Shown here piece after piece: positions 37,942 through 49,820 of a stretch of DNA of 64,000 bases. This DNA is from Rhizodiscina lignyota (lineage: Eukaryota): NCBI GenBank assembly GCA_010015805.1, contig ML978137.1, forward strand, positions 248,001 through 312,000, in the 5' to 3' direction. Position numbers and translations under genes: made by a program. Every line of letters begins with the position of its first letter. Positions within the stretch are counted from its first letter, which is position 1. Below the pieces are notes generated by a model. The model made no database searches, had not been told where the DNA came from, and saw only the letters and a program-made list of their open reading frames with translations.

Positions 37942-39598
37942 ATGGAGGTCTCGAAGACGGCGTCCGGCGTGAGCGATTTTCTTCCTGCCCTCTCCTCCTC
38001 TAGAATCCTGTTGTTTCTTACGGCTTATCTGTGCTACTGTGCTTCAATTGCATTCTATCGGTTATATTTGCATCCCCTTGCAAAATTTCCAGGACCTCGC
38101 CTCGCCGCAGTTACTCTTTGGTATGAATTCTATTACGACGTTGTATTGCGTGGCAGATATACGTGGAAGATTGATGAATTGCATAACGAATATGGTATGC
38201 GGAAGTCCTCATAAATAAGAGTTATCCTTGATAACATCTCTTATAGGTCCCATCATTCGTATAAACCCTTATGAGCTGCATATTCGCGATCCGAGTGCGT
38301 ACGACAAGATCTATGCAGGCTACTCCGCGGGCAAGCGCGACAAGTGGCACTGGTCTGCAAAGATGTTCACAATCCCAACTTCCATGATTGCAACCGTGCC
38401 GCATGACCATCACCGCCTACGACGAGGGCTCCTATCCTCCTACTTTTCCACTCGCTCTGTGACTGCGCTAGAGCCAATGATTCGTTCTGCGGTTAACCGA
38501 ATGTGTACGAATATTCAAAAATATCATGAGACAGGCCAGCCTATGCGAATCTCGGACGCCTTTGCCAGCTTGACAATGGATGTGATCACAGAGTATACAT
38601 TTTCATCGAGCTACCATTGCGTGGACAGTAAAGACTTCGAAGGCGGCTTAAGATTTGCGGCCTCGTTCAAAGCCGCTACCCAGAGTAGTCACTTGGTCAA
38701 GCAGTTTGGCTGGTTGATACCAATGCTCAAAAGTATGCCATTGTGGCTCGCAAAGCTAGTTTTTCCTCCAATTGTGCCCCTGATTGAATTTGAACTTGTA
38801 AGTTCTCCCATTCCGCACATGTGAAGAACCCTTCTAATCATTCTGATCAAGGAAATAACCGATCAAGTTCTCCGCACACAAAGAGACGAGATCAAAGGCT
38901 CAGATATGCATCTAACGGTCTTTCAAGAGCTGTGGCAGAGCGATTGTGACCCCTCCGAGAAAACTACTCAGCGCCTTGTTAACGAAGGGCAGAGTATCGT
39001 TGCTGCTGGGATGCTCACAACGCACCACTTCCTGGAAACAACCACGTTCCTCATACTCTCGCACCCTGAAGTTCTGGAAAAACTTCGAAAAGAGCTAATT
39101 GAAGCTATGCCAACTCCTGAGACAGAGTTGAGCGTTGCGCAAATCGAAAAGCTACCTTATCTCGCTGCAGTCATAAAGGAAGGCCACCGCAAATCCTACG
39201 GGGTCATGCATCGTCTTCAGCGCGTCGACCCAGAGAAGACGATTGAATACAACGGCTTTGCCATTCCCCCAGGGACACCGGTGGGAATGTCTTCGAAACT
39301 CATGCACGACGACCCTTCAATCTTTCCAGAGCCCGAAAAGTTCGAACCGGAGCGGTTCTTGAGATCCGACGTCGAGCGTCTCGATAGATATCTTGTCCAC
39401 TTCAGCAAGGGAACGAGGATGTGCATAGGCTTGAACCTTGCCAATGCAGAGATTTGCCTCGCTTTGAGTTCAATCTTTCGGCGACTTGATTTGGAGTTAT
39501 ACGAGACAACATGGAAAGAAGACGTGGAGACTGCGCATGACTTCTTTGCTGCGACACCTCGCCAGACCTCGAAGGGTGTCAGAGTCCTTGTCAAATGA
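37942..39598 (+). CDS. Cytochrome P450 (trichodiene oxygenase-like family); introns 38195-38246 and 38798-38851
   Basis: [35 protein letters not shown] (ExxR), FEPERF and the heme motif [10 protein letters not shown]. Confidence 0.95.
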
Positions 39599-40161
39599 AG
39601 ATTCTGCTGCGGCCACAATGAGCATATGTGCGCGTTCGACGAGGAATTGGGATGATTGAAGCAGACTGGTCATCTACCGTTCGGCTGCTTTCCAGTCGGC
39701 CGACAGTCCAACAACAGATGAGAACAGAAAGAGATGGCATTTCTACTTGCACTAAAGTCGATGGATGCCTCAAATGTCACTCCTAAATTCGGATTAGATC
39801 TTTCGCTTCAGCTCCCGCCCATCCTTGGAAATCAATGGTGTTGGGGCCAAAACAAGGAAGACCTGGCACAATACATGTGAACGCCGGCAAACCACGGCCA
39901 TTCTTAATTTCAGTCGAACCGTACTGCTGTGGCACGGGAAATATTCTTTCGCGGCCAATCTAACGGTCTCATCTGCTTCCCGGCGTCAACGGCATACTCA
40001 GGAATACCGTACCTCACCTTCTATACACGGGCACAGTCAGCATAGCTACAGCCAGGTATAAAGCAGAGTGTCATGCAATGATCATTTTCTCATTACGACA
40101 AGTCTATACTCCAGGACAGTCGTATTTTGCTCTCCTGCTTCAAGAACACTTCTTGTCAGCC

Positions 40162-40480
40162 ATGAATTTGGGGTATTTCCTCCCTCTTTGGCTCCTCGTC
40201 GCCACCTCTGCTCTCGCTTCCCCATTTCTCGACGAAAGATCTGTCCTTCCACCTGTATGTTACAATCAAAGCTTCTGTCTCTCTCTTTATCCGAGACTGA
40301 TTACCCTGATTCGTCTAGCCACCTGTCGTCGAAGGAGAATGCAACTTCCCCAGTCCCGGCTCGTCCACTGGACAATGTGTGCTTGATAATGGGTCGACTT
40401 GTGTTTGCAGCCCAACTTATCCGTGCACTAATCGACAGAATGAATGCTCGCTAGCTGAGGGGCTTTGCCGATGCTCTTGA
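40162..40480 (+). CDS. Small secreted cysteine-rich protein, 84 aa, 8 Cys; exons 40162-40254, 40319-40480
   Basis: MNLGYFLPLWLLVATSALASPFLDERSVLPP|PPVVEGECNFPSPGSSTGQCVLDNGSTCVCSPTYPCTNRQNECSLAEGLCRCS*. The intron is GTATGT..CTGAT..TAG and TATAAA lies about 105 bp upstream. Confidence 0.85.
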
Positions 40481-41463
40481 AGTCCCAACCGCGGGGACAG
40501 CTAAACGGGCAGTTTTGGAGGCCTGCGAAAGGACTATGAGATCAAACACGAGATAGTTACGACTACGAACAGATCGAACAGCATTGATTTCTCTGTACAA
40601 TAGACATAAATACTCACAGGGCTGCATAAATGGCACTAAACGACGCTAATCTCTTTGGGAGTATGATTATTTAGTGCCTCGTGCGGAATAATTTCTTCCC
40701 AGAGGCATCAAGTTAAGTCCAAATCCCTTGCAATGATGTCTACTTGATGCATAGCTTGAGTAAAATCGATACGTTGAAGGTGCACTATAATAGTATTGCT
40801 GTATTTATTCCGCTTGGTTTGACAAAGGTCTTTGTCCTCTCAAACCGAGTCCGAAGGCCAGGTTCAGGAACAGCAGAAGCCAATGCAACACCATTGTCAC
40901 CAGATCTCTGACACGACCTACAACCATTCCAATATTAATTCTACTCGGAGCCGCGATTCCGCTTCCGTACCATAAAAGCAACTCCGAGGTCTTGGAAATG
41001 GCGAGGTCCCACTCACGTGCATCGAGTTCGCCCGATTCGGAACATCGTCTCTATCAGCAGCCTCTTTCGTCCGCCAATTGCCACCGGCTATTTCACGACC
41101 TCAATCTCGCGAAGAACAATCGTGCCATTGTTCCCTTCTCAGCAGCTTGCGCGCTGCGCAGTCAAAATGACTAAGCCCCGTTCCATCTCCACGCCGTCCA
41201 AAAACTTCAGCTTGCCAAGCGCGGCCCGCATCTATCGTGCGAATGCGGCACCTTCGAGATGCCACAGAGAGCCCATGAAAATGCGGAGACGATGGAGGTG
41301 CGGCTTGAGTAATCTACGGGGGTTACAGGACACGTCTAATATATTTGTCTCTCAACTCTCTTTTGCGGAGTTGGCTTTGTGGCCCGTCTCTCGTACATTG
41401 CTTTGATACCTAGACGTTCCATCTGCACTTCCAGTCATCTCAATTCTTCTTCCTGTCAACAAA

Positions 41464-42915
41464 ATGTCTTCAGACCAATCTGTGGAACACTACGATCTCA
41501 TATCCCTCGGCTCCGGAGAGGCCGGCAAATTTATCGCCTGGACGTACCGAACAGAGCATCCGGACTCCAAATGCGCCGTCATCGAGCGTAAGTGGCTCGG
41601 TGGTTCTTGCCCCAATATCGCATGTTTGCCCAGCAAGAATGTCATCTACTCTGCCAAAGTAGCCCATGAAGCTGCGGAGGGAACGGCGTTTGGCCTGCCG
41701 TACATGGCTGCGGAGAGCAAGGTCAATATGAAATCGGTCATTGCCAGGAAGAAAGCGATGATTGATGGGCCTGGTGGGTTGATGGACGTTCACAAAGGGA
41801 ATTTCAAGCGCACGGGGGCCGAGCTGGTGTGGGGAGAGGGAAGGTTCATTGGACCGAAGACGATTGAAGTTGTAGGCTCGGATGGGAGCAAGAGAGTGAT
41901 GAAGGGCGACAAGGTGGTCATCTGCACGGGATCCCGTGCGAGGATCGATGACTCTGTGAAAGGATTGAAAGAGTCAAAGCCCCTTACACATATTGAGATG
42001 CTTGACTTGGAAGAGATCCCACGCCATCTCGTGGTGCTTGGAGGCGGATATGTGGGGGTGGAATTAGCGCAAGCCTGGAAGCGGTTCGGCAGCGAAGTGA
42101 CTGTTATCGAGAAACACGAGAGGATTCTGAAGAATGAAGATGAAGACATGGTCGAGTTGCTTACTGACATACTGCAGAGGGAGGGCGTTAAATTCTCAAC
42201 TGACACCACCATCACCGAGGTGACTGGAACGTCAGGAGATGCCGTCATACTCAAAGGCAGAACGACATGCGGCGCCTCTGTCGAGATAAACGCATCTCAT
42301 ATCCTTGTCGCAGCTGGCCGGACGCCCAATAACGATACAATGGGCGCAGAGCAGGGTGGTATTAAGCTTACGTCTCGAGGCTTCGTGGACGTCGACGAGT
42401 TCAACCGCGCCTCGGCAGATGGTGTCTTTGCGGTCGGCGACTGCGCGGGCTCGCCGAACTTCACGCACGTTGCATACGACGATTTCCGTATTGTGCGAGA
42501 CTTCCTTTCTGGCAAGATAACACCCGAGACGGACCCCCAGCGGAAGTCTGGAAGGCAGGTGCCTTGGACACTGTTCACCGCGCCGGAGATGGCTCACGTT
42601 GGGCTGAGAGAGCACGAGCTCAAAGCGCAGGGCATCAAATATCGAGTCGGGAAGCTCCCGATAGCAGCGTTCCTGCGCACGCGGACACTGGGCCCCGGCG
42701 AGACAGAAGGAGTTGCAAAGGTAACGGTGGGCGAGGATGACAAAATCTTGGGATTTACGGTCCTTGGAAGTGGAGTGGGTGACTTATTGCCGGTGGTGCA
42801 GCTGGCTATGAAGTTGGGCGTGAAGTATACGGAGATTAGCAATCTGATCCTCACGCATCCGACGTTGAGTGAGGGTCTGGTGTTCCTGTTTTCCGCTGTG
42901 CCTGAGAGGAGTTGA
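41464..42915 (+). CDS. Class I pyridine nucleotide-disulfide oxidoreductase (MerA/RclA/Lpd-like), intronless
   Basis: LGSGEAG, redox disulfide GGSCPNIACLPSK, LGGGYVGVE, AAGRTPN, FAVGDCAG and HPTLSEG. Confidence 0.93.
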   Translation: MSSDQSVEHYDLISLGSGEAGKFIAWTYRTEHPDSKCAVIERKWLGGSCPNIACLPSKNVIYSAKVAHEAAEGTAFGLPYMAAESKVNMKSVIARKKAMIDGPGGLMDVHKGNFKRTGAELVWGEGRFIGPKTIEVVGSDGSKRVMKGDKVVICTGSRARIDDSVKGLKESKPLTHIEMLDLEEIPRHLVVLGGGYVGVELAQAWKRFGSEVTVIEKHERILKNEDEDMVELLTDILQREGVKFSTDTTITEVTGTSGDAVILKGRTTCGASVEINASHILVAAGRTPNNDTMGAEQGGIKLTSRGFVDVDEFNRASADGVFAVGDCAGSPNFTHVAYDDFRIVRDFLSGKITPETDPQRKSGRQVPWTLFTAPEMAHVGLREHELKAQGIKYRVGKLPIAAFLRTRTLGPGETEGVAKVTVGEDDKILGFTVLGSGVGDLLPVVQLAMKLGVKYTEISNLILTHPTLSEGLVFLFSAVPERS

Positions 42916-43775
42916 ACTTGAGGCGCGGCGTGAGAAATGTACGGACATGACAGAACAAAGACGAACGAAATTTCACTGTTGTGCTCAGTACAGGCCGCCA
43001 TGCATCTATCAGCGGAGTTTCTATCGCTTGAAGCCCTTATAGATCAGTTAGCAACAAAGTCGCGGTAAAAGCATATCCGTCGTTCGATATGATGCGAGGA
43101 GGAGGAGTGACAATGCTCGCTTACCTGCTGCAGTCAAGCTTTTGCTAAGCTTTGAGGCGGACGCGCGTCCCATGTCCCCGACGCCTCGGCGCTGCACCCC
43201 TATTCAATTTCCACCACCTCCTTCGTCACCCTCTTTCGATCGCCTTGCTTGCGTGTCTCTCGCTCAAGAGGTAAAGTGGGTCGACGCAATCGGTCTGTAT
43301 GTCTAGACACGCTTATATCAAGATCAATGCAGCTAGAGCACGACGCAAACCTCACTAAGACGGCCAGCTGAAAGGGTGGCGCCACAGGACGCGTCTTCTA
43401 GCGACGATAGTGTGGGTCGAATGAAACGGAGCGTCGAGCGCACGCCGCTCCGGGATCGTTCCAACATGCTCTTCCCCACAACAACGTCTGGCGCGAGGGG
43501 ATGATATCAGCGCTTCCCCTGCTTCAAGTACCTTCCTTTGCGCATCTCGAGCGCTTCAATCATCTCTCGCTTTATCTGCTCTGCGACCTTGTCCTGCTGC
43601 GCAAGCCTTTATCCCCCGTATCGGAGCTCGCGTGCTCACTTTCCTGATCGCATCATCCCTGAAAATCTTGGGATGGTCCGCCCTCAGACGTTGTTGAAAC
43701 GTCCGACGCGCTGACGTGCTGGTTTCCACTTTCACCACCGCTGTCCTGACCAACACCAAGACGAACGCACATTCA

Positions 43776-45001
43776 ATGTGCACGCTGACATGGCGCTTCA
43801 CATGTCTACTGTTGTTGCTCCTTATCGCTCTAGATGGCGCTCGCGCGCTGCCCACGACGTCGAGACTTATGGTGCCCGTGGCGATAGATGAGCGCGCCGG
43901 TGCCGCTCGGGCAAAGAGTTGGAAGAGGAGTGCACCTTTTGAGATGGTCCGGACGAGGTTGTCGGAAGACTTTAGTGGTGTGGAGGGAGATGATATGGAG
44001 AAATACTTTCACGAATCCACTGTATGTCTACCGCATAGCTTCCTCGAATCGTCTCATATTGGAGTTACTGCCCACAAAGCCACGGCAGTAGTGTATCAGA
44101 CGCAGCATGCTAATTACACTCTTGAACAGTTCCATCCGCATTACGACGGCCGCTTCGCTGACGACACTCTGCCGGAGCACTTACGACATGTCGCCCTCAC
44201 ACATTTGGTACAGACGTATCTATCTACGATGGCCTCTCTTGGCGCGGAGACATGGCTCATGCACGGCAGTCTGCTTGGGTGGTGGTGGAACCGAGAGATC
44301 ATGCCGTGGGATAGCGACATCGACGTCCAGATCAATATGGACAGCACGAGATATCTCGCCGCCTTTCACAATATGACCGTCCATCACTTCCGGCTTCCGC
44401 CCACAGATGAACCGAGGGAAGGTGCTGAAGAGGGACAAGAGCTAGAATGGGGCTCGAGAGACTATCTTCTAGAAATCAACCCGCATTATCGGAACGATAG
44501 TACGGCAGACAAATTGAACGTCATCGATGCACGATGGATCGATACGGACACCGGGCTGTTCATCGACATCACAACGTTAAGGCCTAATTGGACTGCAAGA
44601 GCAGAAGGCATCGACGGCGCGATGATGTGCAAGGACCGACACCACTATCTTGAGCAGGACATTTTCCCGTTGAGAACTTCGACGTTCGAAGGGGCTCCGG
44701 TGAAGATTCCATTTGCTTATAGCGAGCTGCTGCAGGAGGAGTACGGGCCGACAGCACTTACCCAGACGGTTTTCCAGGGGCATGTATTCGAGGAAGGGAG
44801 AGGTGAATGGAGAGGCATGTAGTAAGTTTTCGCGCATCTCAGATTGCAAAAGGATGTGGAACTGACAGACCTCACAGTATGAGCGAGAGACTAGCCGAGA
44901 AGGAGTTTCTTAAAAATGCCAAAAAGCATTCCGCCGCCTCCAAGACGCGTTATCGGACGGAGAAAGAGAAGCATGAGGCCATCTATGGCGTACCTGGGTA
45001 G
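43776..45001 (+). CDS. LicD-family phosphotransferase (Mnn4-like); introns 44022-44129 and probably 44822-44877
   Basis: Signal/anchor, KYFHEST|FHPHYDGRF, TWLMHGSLLGWWWN..MPWDSDIDVQ, NVIDARWIDTDTGLFIDIT and DIFPLR..FEG..EEYG. Confidence 0.9.
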
Positions 45002-47117
45002 ATACATTCGATGTTTGTAGACATTAGCGCTGGCGTTGGCGGCTTCTGGTACATATTGCATTTACAACACTGTCGTATGGGATGGATATGAAATTCAAAA
45101 GGTACACTAGGAATGATCTTGTTGTATATTATGGGAATGTACAGTACATAACTGATGGGAGCATATCCTAGAAGAGGGATGTTCCAGAGACGGACCTTGA
45201 TATTAATACCACAAACGTATCAGTCATAACTTTACCACCGGCGTAGAAACCGCTGTCTTTTGGTGGTTGGAGTATGGTTGCAACAGGAAGTAAGGAGAGA
45301 TTTGGGGGCATCTGGATTCGAGGCTGATGGAAAGACCACGAGTGGCTCAAATCCGGGGTGAGTCCGAGATGGTGATGGAGGCTTGAAGCCACAAAGCTTG
45401 ATATGTATGGGAGGTTATTGAGCCATCTTTGAAAGGGGGCCGCTTACCTGCAGTCTATGAGACATGTATATTGTGCCAGAATACCTGTGCGTTCGATCGT
45501 CGTATCTGCGCGCCATCACTTTGACAATGCCAGAAGAAATCTCCATAGGCGATTCACGTACCCTGCAGACTCCAAAGATAACGGGAGATTCTTATCGCAA
45601 CTATCTACGTTTCCCAGGGCTGAAGACCCTAGATCGTAGGTTTGAGACGGACGATCTCTTGTAAACTGCTTCATCAAACGGCCGCCCTGCATACATCCAC
45701 ACCTATGTACTCTGAAAATACTTCCGAGAAGCGCTCCCCAATCGCTAGGTTGGGTCTCGAGACAGCATCTCGAAGCGCTGACTCATTCCGAAATGGCAGC
45801 CTACTCTAAATTCCATCCAAGAAGATTTCGAAGGTGCTATTTCGAGCGAGAGAAGGTCGTGTGGTTCTCGAAGTCCCGGTATCTGGAGAGCGGGGGCTTT
45901 TTGGCGGTTCGCGCCGTCCAATCCGCTTCGTTGCGCACCAAACAAAGAACGTCGTGGAGGCCCACATGAAACACGGCACCCCTTCACCACCACTACCTTC
46001 AATCATCCTCCACCCGCGTCCATCTTCCGCGACATCGACGCACGGAGAGGTCGCTTGTCACAGAAGTGGTCGTGTGCGACGGAGAGAAAGCTTCTCGGCG
46101 AAAAGCAGAAGGTCTCAGATCGATTCTACCGCGAACCTCAGCGCCACACAAACATCGGCCACCGCTTTGGCCTCGATCCACTGACCCTGCAAAAGCCTGT
46201 GCGACTCGATGCCACTCCGACAACTCCAGTGTATGAGCAGCTCTGTTACGCGTGAGCAGGCGCGACGCTGCCGAGTCACTGCTTTTGATCCAGCGTGACA
46301 GTATTCAGGGAGGCTGTATCACCACCCTGAGTGGAGCAGAATTACCCAGGCCGGCTAAGATCGGTGCTCTTCATTCACCCAAGATTAGTGTTGAGAGCTC
46401 TAACACACGTTTGGCCGCCGCGATAAACGCCCAGAAGGCAAGATATTTCCAAACACCACCTGCGGCGCATGTCCGTGTCACCAGCGCGCGCGGAAAGAAA
46501 CGCCGCTTTGACGTTTCTGCCAAAATCGACTCGGAATGGCCCATTGGTCGTGGCTGCTTCCAGACTCCCCTACATGCTTCTCTACTCTGTCAGAGCGTTG
46601 CTGTGCTTGGCGATCCACTGGAATCTGTGCCTCGATTTTGGTGAACGTATTGCTCATAAGACCCCGCGCATACCCTTTGCTGCCGCGATAACGCGCAATC
46701 GCTCTGGTACGGTGGATCATGTGGCATTTTCATCGCTGCAGGACTTTCTTTTATCTGTAAATTTGGACAATGCTATTGTTCTTCACTTTCTCTCCTTCAG
46801 TTCACTTCTTTGGGCAGGCTCCCTTGCCATTATTCTTTCTTTGTTCTATTGTCACCATTCACATTGATTTGACAATAAGACCAGCCACTGCCGACTCACC
46901 ATACTATTGAGTGCATTCTTGCTATATTCTAGCATCTAACGATTTCTACGAAATTCCCCTTCCTTTATAACCTGCGACGTCTGCGACGAACAGCTTCCTC
47001 CCTTTTCCAGAGATATCGACATCTTGCGGGCTCAAGACAATTCGACATTACGACACCATTGCTTTAAAGATACCCGATAGAACGTTTATGACCTTCTCTC
47101 GACAGCTCTCCTTCAAG

Positions 47118-48440
47118 ATGCTCGTCACGACTTTGGCACTCCTCTCCTGCCTCTCCGGCATCAACGCTCATTCATGGGTCGAGCAGATGTACGTCATCAA
47201 GGATGGCAAGTACACTGGTAATCCGGGATACATGCGTGGCTACAACCCTCGCGGTCCCAGCTTCACCGACTCTCTCAATCAGAACCTCGTCCCCGCGCTA
47301 TCGAGCGGGCGCCTTCGCATCAGCGACGCCGACCCGATGTGCAAGTCCACTCAGCAGACATCGAACCAGACATCTGGCTACCCCAAGCTGAATGCCTCCC
47401 CAGGCGACATGGTCGCCCTCCGCTATCTCGAGAACGGTCACGTCACCCTCCCACAGAACCAGATCGGCAAGCCAGGCTCTGGCGGCACTGTCATGATCTA
47501 CGCGACATCACAGCCGAAACAAAATGAGAAGTTGACAGACGTTCTGCAATGGACTACAAATGGCACTGGCGGTGACAAGCGTGGGCAGCTTCTCACGGTA
47601 CAGAATTTTGATGATGGCCGCTGTTACCAGATCAACAGCTCCCCGATGTCTACCCAGCGCCAACAGGAGTTCCCCAACAAGCCTGCGGGTCAACCAAGCG
47701 CACCAAATGAGGAGATGTGGTGCGAAACAGATGTCCAGCTGCCTTCCAATATCAGCACGAACTCCGATCTGACACTGTATTGGGCTTGGCAGTGGAACAC
47801 GGCATCTGGCGCTGATCCGGGCATACCTAATGGCAAGGACGAGTGGTACACGAGCTGCATGGACGTCAACATCGCCGCACAGGGTCAAATCTCAAAGTCA
47901 AGTGTCAACCCTCCAAAAAAGCTGCTGGTCCAAGATCCGCAGCAAAGCGCCAACCCGCACGCTCAGCAGCGCTCCCAGAACATGACACTACCTGATGGAG
48001 GACCTGACGGCGGTGACGGCAACTTGGCCAACGCTGCTCCTATTTCCGGTAGCTCCTCTGGAGCAGCTGCTCCTGCGACTTCTGGAGGTGCTTCCTCCGC
48101 TCCTGCGGCCTCATCCGCCACCTCCCCTCCGTCTGCACCCTCTCCATCAGCCACGAGCATCTCCAACTCTCCAATGTTCCCTGGCCTCACTAGCGTCGCA
48201 CCAATTCCCTTCCCAACGAACGGCATCCCGCAGGTTCCTGCATCTCAGGCCCCTGCATCTCAACCCCCTGCATCCCAAGGCCCTCCATCTGCTGGCTCCA
48301 TTGGCGGCACCGGAGGCGCTCACACAATGACGCTCACGCAAATCCTTACCGTCACGTTCAAGGGCAAGCGCAGCATCGAAACGCGCACCGCGACCGTCTC
48401 GGATGTCGCAGCTGGAAAGCGCCGCAACATTTTCTCATGA
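47118..48440 (+). CDS. Secreted His1 protein with LPMO-like motifs (HSWVEQ family) and a Ser/Pro/Ala-rich tail
   Basis: Signal peptide ending ..GINA directly followed by HSWVEQ, then GYMRG, LRYLENGHVT, FDDGRCYQ, CETDV, YWAWQW and EWYTSCMDV. An alternative start lies at 47088. Confidence 0.8.
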   Translation: MLVTTLALLSCLSGINAHSWVEQMYVIKDGKYTGNPGYMRGYNPRGPSFTDSLNQNLVPALSSGRLRISDADPMCKSTQQTSNQTSGYPKLNASPGDMVALRYLENGHVTLPQNQIGKPGSGGTVMIYATSQPKQNEKLTDVLQWTTNGTGGDKRGQLLTVQNFDDGRCYQINSSPMSTQRQQEFPNKPAGQPSAPNEEMWCETDVQLPSNISTNSDLTLYWAWQWNTASGADPGIPNGKDEWYTSCMDVNIAAQGQISKSSVNPPKKLLVQDPQQSANPHAQQRSQNMTLPDGGPDGGDGNLANAAPISGSSSGAAAPATSGGASSAPAASSATSPPSAPSPSATSISNSPMFPGLTSVAPIPFPTNGIPQVPASQAPASQPPASQGPPSAGSIGGTGGAHTMTLTQILTVTFKGKRSIETRTATVSDVAAGKRRNIFS

Positions 48441-49271
48441 GCCACGGCATTCTAGCGTCGGCAGGCTTTCTTCATGGATGGTGATGTCAGAGTTTTGACT
48501 GTTTCCTGTTTCTTCGGCGCATCTGGCGGAGTTCAAAACGGAAAGCTTGGGACATGTTCTGTTCTGGGACATGGGAAACGGGAAACGGAACGGCGATCCT
48601 GGGCTTACAACATGTTTCTGCATAGCGGTGGCGCGTTTGGACTTTTCCTCCTTTGAGCATTTTGAAATTGTGGGCCCTTTTTTTCTCGGGTTGCGCTGGT
48701 TCCGGGCAAACATTTGAACCAGGTCTGGGGAAACGAAACATGGGTTCAATGAGTACATATGATAGGATGATAAATTGAGAATATCATACAAATTCTGGAT
48801 GAAAAAATTATGTCCTTTGATGAGAGTGATTTGTACCCTGATGGTGATACGGAGGAGAGCTAGTCTCCCGCGAGCGAACAGTCTTTTGAGCGCCACTGTT
48901 ACAAGCCCATGCGCGACCAGATACAAGGAGTTCATCTTCAGGGGAACAAGAAATACAGGGCGATGCTTATAAGCCATATCTCTCCGTCTCTTATGTCTTT
49001 GGTGTTGTCTTACAGACATGGAGCTAGTACACTGGCAAATCTCCCTCCACTTGCCGCTTCCTGAAGAGTGTTCCGTGCCCTGCCAGCACAGCACACTTGG
49101 CAATTCAGGACGACTCAATGGAGTCGGCCGAGGCAGTGTTTTTCTTCTTCTTTGCAGCTTTCACTGCAGCTTCTTTCGCCTGACGAAGGCTCTCCCGCTC
49201 TTTGACATCAGCATGTTGTTTCTTTTGTAGCACAATTTCTTTTAACTTCTCCTCTATAAAAGACTTATTAG

Positions 49272-49820
49272 CTATGCGGCCAGATACAAAGATTTGTAAA
49301 GACAGAAGTGGCAGTCAGTACCTGCGGTTTCCTTATTGCTACCGAGTAAGCCTCCAACCAAAGTATGGGCCATGATTTCGCGCAAAATTGCCATCTGATA
49401 TGCTAGATAGATAAAGGCTAGCATGTATTCAGAGGTCTCCGGGAGACGATATCGAAACAGCTTCAAGTACGCATGGATGCCATGCCTCCACATACGAGCC
49501 GGCATTGGGTACTTCAGCGCCAGCCTATCCAATTCGGAAGGAGAAGGGTGCTGCAACAATGTTTGCAGAGATTCCACCGTCTGGCCATGTTCGTTGGCGG
49601 TTTCGGATTCAGATTCGCCACAACAAATCGCTTTCATAGCTTCGTCGATAGGAACACATTCTGTTCCGACCATAGCAAAGTCATTATAGATGACCTTATG
49701 CCGGCTCTCCACATGCATGTACAACATTGGCCACTGCGGAGTGTAACGAAGCTTCAGTGGACCAGGAGGTAGAAACCGTCGGCGCAGCTCTTGAATATAC
49801 ATACTCTCGAAATCGATCAT
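49272..49820 (-). pseudogene. Truncated copy of a fungal Est1/SMG-like TPR protein segment
   Basis: QHPSPSELDRLALKYPMPARMWRHGIHAYLKLFRYRLPETSEYMLAFIYLAYQMAIL matches the conserved block of this family. The usual continuation (W.ECLGDL.RYRMAIE) is absent. Confidence 0.65.

Noticed and set aside
29360..39598. HMG-CoA reductase near a P450 as a terpenoid or statin-resistance cluster
   Set aside because: There is no terpene synthase, prenyltransferase or PKS in the window, and the HMGR is the full-length housekeeping type with unrelated genes in between.
45464..45664. Short ORF faintly like a BTB/POZ start (YLCVRSSYLRA)
   Set aside because: Too short and degenerate to support a call.
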